Assembly (NCBI GenBank): GCA_044450345.1
Contig: JBIOIY010000014.1
Location: 1-50,379 of the forward strand
Reading direction: 5' to 3'
Source of the DNA: Thermodesulfovibrionales bacterium
GTDB taxonomy: Bacteria > Nitrospirota > Thermodesulfovibrionia > Thermodesulfovibrionales > UBA6898
DNA: 50,379 nt
The notes under the pieces are model-generated. The model saw only the letters and a program-made list of their open reading frames with translations. It did not search any database and had not been told where the DNA came from. Both the position numbers and the translations under genes were made by a program. The number at the start of each line of letters is the position of its first letter. Within the stretch, counting starts at the first letter, position 1. Positions 46,146-50,379 of this stretch are shown here, piece by piece.

Positions 46146-47770
46146 CCGGCAGGATACTCGGGATATCAGGGTCTACCGTAAGCACCGACCTCAGAGGCCT
46201 TAAGCTCTATGAGCGGGTCTATGTCGGTCACTCCGTGCTTACCGGGGAGGTAGTTAGGCTTGAACACGACAGGGCCGTCATCCAGGTCTATGAAGATACC
46301 CGGGGCCTTGCGGTCGGAGAGCCGGTGAAGGGCATCGGGCTTCCCCTTACGGTAAGACTCGGCCCCGGCCTCCTCTGTGGGATGTTCGACGGGCTGCAAC
46401 GTCCGCTGAAGAGGCTGAGAGAAGAGATGGGCCCTTTTATCACAGGAGGCAGGGAAATTTATGGGCTGGATTATCAGAGAAGATGGGACTTTTCTCCTGC
46501 AGTAGCGGCCGGCGATGAAATTTTTTCAGGGCGACTCCTCGGTACTGTTGAAGAAGGCGCCTTCAGGCATCTTCTTATCTGCGGTCCTGACAGCCGGGGC
46601 CGGGTCTCAAGGATTAAAGAAGGAGAATTCAGCCTCGATGAGCCTCTCGGTGAATACGACGACGGCAGAAAGATATACGGATGGCACGAGTGGCCTGTGC
46701 GGGGTCAGCGTCCATACCTGAAAAAATTTCCTCCCGCCGAACCTCTTGTGACGGGCCAGAGGAGTATAGATTTTCTCTTCCCGATCGCAAAAGGAGGGAC
46801 CGCGATCTTCCCCGGGGGGTTCGGCACCGGAAAGACGATCCTTGAGCAGTCGATAGCGAAATTCGCTGACGTGGATGTGGTCGTATATGTCGGGTGCGGC
46901 GAGCGCGGCAATGAGATGGCCGAGATGATCCAGGAATTCGAGGACCTAAAAGACCCGTGGACAGGAAGACAACTCATGGAGAGGACGATCCTCGTGGCAA
47001 ATACCTCCAATATGCCGGTTGCCGCACGGGAGGCGTCCATATATACGGCGATCACTATGGCGGAATATTATCGAGATATGGGATATCACGTGCTCTTCCT
47101 CGCAGACAGCCTTTCGAGGTGGGCTGAGGCCTTGAGAGAGATATCTTCTTCCCTCGAGGAGATGCCCGGGGAAGAGGGATATCCGACATATCTCGCCTCC
47201 AGGCTTTCAGGCTTTCTTGAAAGGGCCGGTGTTGTCGAGACCCTTGGAGGCAGGACCGGCTCACTCACGATGATCCTCTCAGTGTCGCCCCCCGGTGGTG
47301 ACTTCACCGAGCCGGTCACTCAGGCATGTCTCAGGACGACCGGAGCATTTTTGATGCTGGATACGGCCCTTGCCCACAGAAGGCACTTCCCGGCCATAAA
47401 CTGGTTCCAGAGTTACTCGCTTTATTCTGTCGAACTGGAAGGCCATTTCAGAGAAAAGGTCTCCCCGGAATGGGAGACCCTGCAGCGCCGCTGCCGGGAG
47501 GTGCTGCAGAAAGAGGCGACACTGAGGGAGGTGTCCGAGATTGTCGGCGTCGAAGGGCTTCAGGACGCCGACAGGCTCCTGATGCTTGTCGCGGAAAGAA
47601 TAAGAATGGAATTCCTTTCACAGAACGCATACGGCGAGGACGCGTTCTCTCCCTTGGAAAAAACCTTCTCTCTCATCAGCCGGATAGTGACGTTCTATGA
47701 CCGTGCTCTTGAACAAATGGTGCAGGGTATCACCCTCGAAGAAGCGTTGAAGGCGGGAGACGGGGCATGA
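46142..47770 (+). CDS. V/A-type ATPase catalytic subunit A
   Basis: QVYEDT, Walker A GGFGTGKT, VGCGERGNEM, NTSNMPVAAREAS, EMPGEEGYP, VSPPGGDF. Confidence 0.98.
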   Translation: MTGRILGISGSTVSTDLRGLKLYERVYVGHSVLTGEVVRLEHDRAVIQVYEDTRGLAVGEPVKGIGLPLTVRLGPGLLCGMFDGLQRPLKRLREEMGPFITGGREIYGLDYQRRWDFSPAVAAGDEIFSGRLLGTVEEGAFRHLLICGPDSRGRVSRIKEGEFSLDEPLGEYDDGRKIYGWHEWPVRGQRPYLKKFPPAEPLVTGQRSIDFLFPIAKGGTAIFPGGFGTGKTILEQSIAKFADVDVVVYVGCGERGNEMAEMIQEFEDLKDPWTGRQLMERTILVANTSNMPVAAREASIYTAITMAEYYRDMGYHVLFLADSLSRWAEALREISSSLEEMPGEEGYPTYLASRLSGFLERAGVVETLGGRTGSLTMILSVSPPGGDFTEPVTQACLRTTGAFLMLDTALAHRRHFPAINWFQSYSLYSVELEGHFREKVSPEWETLQRRCREVLQKEATLREVSEIVGVEGLQDADRLLMLVAERIRMEFLSQNAYGEDAFSPLEKTFSLISRIVTFYDRALEQMVQGITLEEALKAGDGA

Positions 47771-49095
47771 GACTCCCTGAGCATGTATATCGCACAATCT
47801 CCGCCATCGCGGGACCGTTGCTCTTTATAAAGAAGGTCTTCACCGCAAGGATAGGGGAAGTGGTAACGGTGATCTCTCCGGACGGGGCACGGACAGACGC
47901 CGAGGTCCTGGAGATACAAGGCGATACCGTACTCATCGAGGTCTTTGGAGAGACAAGAGGTCTCGATATCGGAAAGACGTCGCTTGCATTTACAGACTCC
48001 GTAAGAAAGGTCCCGTTGTCCCGTGACATTGTCGGCAGGATATTTAACGGCTCTTTCAGCCCTGTCGACGGTATGCCGATGTTCATACCCGAAAAGTGGG
48101 CGCCCATCACCGGTGCGCCGATGAACCCCTCAGCCCGCGCCAGGCCTGAAGAGTTCATCGAGACCGGTTTTTCTGTCGTAGACGGCCTGAACACGCTCGT
48201 CAAGGGGCAGAAACTCCCTGTGTTTTCCTGCGCGGGCCTGCCGTCAAAGGAACTGGTCGCAGGTGTGCTGAAGAATTCCAGGCTCACGGCAAAGGGTGGA
48301 GCTTTCATCGTTGTCTTTGCCGCCCTCGGCCTCGCCTTTCATGAATACTCCTATTACATGGCGGTGCTTGAGGACATGAAGACAGGCTTTGTCGCGTTCA
48401 TAAACAGTGCTGATGAACCTGTGATGGAGAGGCTCCTTGCGCCGAGGTTCGCCCTGACGGTCGCCGAATATCTCGCATTTGAGAAAGGGATGGATGTGCT
48501 GGTCATCATCACTGATATGACAAATTACTGCGACGCACTGAGAGAGATATCCACGGCCAGGGAGGAGCTGCCGGGCAGGAGGGGCTATCCGGGCTATATG
48601 TACTCTGACCTCGCATCGCTCTATGAAAGGGCGGGACGGGTGAGGGGTATGGAAGGTTCGATAACATTGCTGCCGGTAGTCACCATGCCCGAAGATGACA
48701 TCACCCACCCTATACCCGACCTCACCGGATACATCACCGAAGGTCAGATTGTCCTCAGCAGGGAACTCCACCGACTTAATATTTTCCCGCCCGTCGATGT
48801 ACTCCCGAGCCTTTCGAGACTCATGCAGAAGGGGATAGGCACAGGCCTCACGCGAGAAGACCATAGGAAAATATCGAACAACCTGTATAAATATTACGCA
48901 ACGGGAAGGGACATGAGAAGGCTTGAGGCGATTGTCGGGAGGGACGGGATGACTGAAAAGGACCGGAAAATGCTCGATTTCGCCGACTCGTTCGAAAAAG
49001 AGTTCGTAGACCAGGGAAAGAGCAGGAGGACTATTGCTGAGACTCTCGACACAGGGATCGTCCTTATGAGGCGGTTCTCGCTGGAGATTACATGA
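47767..49095 (+). CDS. V/A-type ATPase subunit B
   Basis: GQKLPVFS, TDMTNYCDALREIS, PGRRGYPGYMYSDL, DDITHPIPDLTGYITEGQI. Confidence 0.98.
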   Translation: MRLPEHVYRTISAIAGPLLFIKKVFTARIGEVVTVISPDGARTDAEVLEIQGDTVLIEVFGETRGLDIGKTSLAFTDSVRKVPLSRDIVGRIFNGSFSPVDGMPMFIPEKWAPITGAPMNPSARARPEEFIETGFSVVDGLNTLVKGQKLPVFSCAGLPSKELVAGVLKNSRLTAKGGAFIVVFAALGLAFHEYSYYMAVLEDMKTGFVAFINSADEPVMERLLAPRFALTVAEYLAFEKGMDVLVIITDMTNYCDALREISTAREELPGRRGYPGYMYSDLASLYERAGRVRGMEGSITLLPVVTMPEDDITHPIPDLTGYITEGQIVLSRELHRLNIFPPVDVLPSLSRLMQKGIGTGLTREDHRKISNNLYKYYATGRDMRRLEAIVGRDGMTEKDRKMLDFADSFEKEFVDQGKSRRTIAETLDTGIVLMRRFSLEIT

Positions 49096-49715
49096 TACAT
49101 CCGACAAGGACAAACCTTCTTCTGATAAGGGAGAAGGCACTATCGGTCGTCAACAGCATACGGATACTGAAGGCTAGGAAACAGGCCCTGACAAGAGAAT
49201 TTCTCGACACCACAAGGCCCTTTCTCAGGTCCAGGGAGGATATCAGGGCGCGATACGGAAAGGCGCTGGCCGGACTCGCGTTAAGTCTCGGACACGAGGG
49301 AGAAGAGGCCATAGAATCCATAGCCATCGTTGCATCAAGGGATTTCAGGATCGATATCACCGAAAAGGCCATATGGGGACTGAAGTATAAGGAGGTAGCG
49401 GCACATGATATCCCGGTGCGGGACCCTTGTGAGAGGGGATATGACTACCTCTCCACAACCTCCCATCTCGAAGAATGCATACATCAGTTCGAAAAGATAC
49501 TCGAGTCCATGATCGACATGGCCTCCTTCGAAGGGAAACTGAAAAGACTCGGTGATGAGATACTCAAGACAACGAGGAGGGTCAGGGTCCTTGAAGAAAG
49601 GGTGCTGCCCGGATTGAATGCCCAGGTGAGGGCGATTGCGCAGCATATAGGCGAACGGGAGAGAGAGGCATACTGCAGACTGAAGCGTTTTAAGGGCAGA
49701 AAGTCCGAGAAATAA
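49092..49715 (+). CDS. V/A-type ATPase subunit D
   Basis: HPTRTNLL, LKARKQAL, KTTRRVRVLE, EREREAY.RLK. Confidence 0.95.
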   Translation: MIHPTRTNLLLIREKALSVVNSIRILKARKQALTREFLDTTRPFLRSREDIRARYGKALAGLALSLGHEGEEAIESIAIVASRDFRIDITEKAIWGLKYKEVAAHDIPVRDPCERGYDYLSTTSHLEECIHQFEKILESMIDMASFEGKLKRLGDEILKTTRRVRVLEERVLPGLNAQVRAIAQHIGEREREAYCRLKRFKGRKSEK

Positions 49716-49808
49716 ATATTGCCTTGAAAGAGCATCCGAAGTGAGTAAGAATATTTTTATAGCGAAATGCGATAGAAGGTTTTATCCGATACCAGGGGGA
49801 AGACGGTT

Positions 49809-50312
49809 ATGGGCAAGCGCACCGGTTTGTATCTTGTAAAGACCTACACATGGTATGTGGAGAGGCTCGTATGGCTCGTCGCGGGGACTGATGTCCTCGC
49901 CAGTTCCGTCCTGACCGTTGTCAACGATCCCAACTGGGCGTTTTCTATCCTCTTTGTCGGGCTCTGTTCCATAACGGTAGCGCTGACCGGTTTTTGCGTT
50001 GTCGGCAACATCCTCTGTCTGTTAGGCGCCAGGCCGATGATACCGATGAAGGCGGAGTCCGGCGGGAAATGGCGCAGGTCTTTGTACTTTATGCAAACCG
50101 ACCATTGGTTTCTCGAAAGGTATATCTACATGTTCGTGGGGGTCAACCTCTCCATCAGTTCGATGCTCGCGAGATTTTACAATCCCAACTGGCTTTTTTT
50201 TACCGGCTTTGTGGGAACGGCAACGATCACATTCGCCTTCACGGGTTTTTGCATAATGGCCAATCTTCTTTACAGGCTGGGTGCAGAACCGAGACTCTGC
50301 AGATATATTTAG
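49809..50312 (+). CDS. Tandem DUF2892/YgaP-like membrane protein
   Basis: Two internal repeats ER...G...PNW...FVG...TGFC..N.L..LGA.P. Confidence 0.78.
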   Translation: MGKRTGLYLVKTYTWYVERLVWLVAGTDVLASSVLTVVNDPNWAFSILFVGLCSITVALTGFCVVGNILCLLGARPMIPMKAESGGKWRRSLYFMQTDHWFLERYIYMFVGVNLSISSMLARFYNPNWLFFTGFVGTATITFAFTGFCIMANLLYRLGAEPRLCRYI

Positions 50313-50379
50313 AATCCTTCCATTTCGGCCGCTACTCCAAACGGTGCAAGACTCCTCTTTATTGTGTGGGCATAAAATA

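Noticed and set aside
594..49735. Many antisense and alternate-frame ORFs in the track (e.g. 1616-2413, 6921-7751, 17236-17934, 27416-28453, 38289-39050, 48244-49140)
   Set aside because: They overlap well-supported genes, have no recognisable motifs and are expected shadows in GC-rich coding DNA
1..50379. tRNA, rRNA, CRISPR array, integrase or transposase
   Set aside because: No cloverleaf, rRNA-like tract, regularly spaced direct repeats or recombinase/transposase ORF was found by eye

Overview
Bacterial chromosome segment. Gene content and protein style suggest an anaerobic Nitrospirota (Thermodesulfovibrionia-like) or Desulfobacterota-like organism; this is inference only. 1-14.8 kb: 3' end of tuf and the S10-spc-alpha ribosomal superoperon (rpsJ to rplQ), with adk missing between secY and map. 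The superoperon ends in an uncalled small membrane ORF coupled to rplQ, with an in-frame UGA and a SECIS-like hairpin 11 nt downstream (candidate 46-aa selenoprotein). 14.9-16.9 kb (minus): a split YeeE/YedE sulfur/selenium transporter pair, and a CBS-domain gene behind a ~200-nt structured leader with its own promoter, terminator and possible antiterminator (candidate riboswitch or sRNA). 17-23 kb: smc, a GlcD-like FAD oxidoreductase and a TlpA-like thioredoxin, with palindromic intergenic elements. 23-36.7 kb (minus): tolQRAB-pal-cpoB-moaA-moaC-ccsA-resB-like-LigD phosphoesterase, TPR-oppD-oppF, mlaEFD; tolB carries a palindromic repeat in frame in its 5' region. 36.7-50.4 kb: accessory energy region with FNR/CRP-like sites, a small membrane protein, a PaaK/F390-like adenylate-forming enzyme with an apparent ATT start, a 13-heme cytochrome c plus cytochrome b pair, a divergent complete V/A-type ATPase operon (H-I-K-E-C-F-A-B-D) and a tandem DUF2892-like protein. 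No rRNA, tRNA, CRISPR array or transposase was seen. All calls come from reading the sequence; no searches were run.
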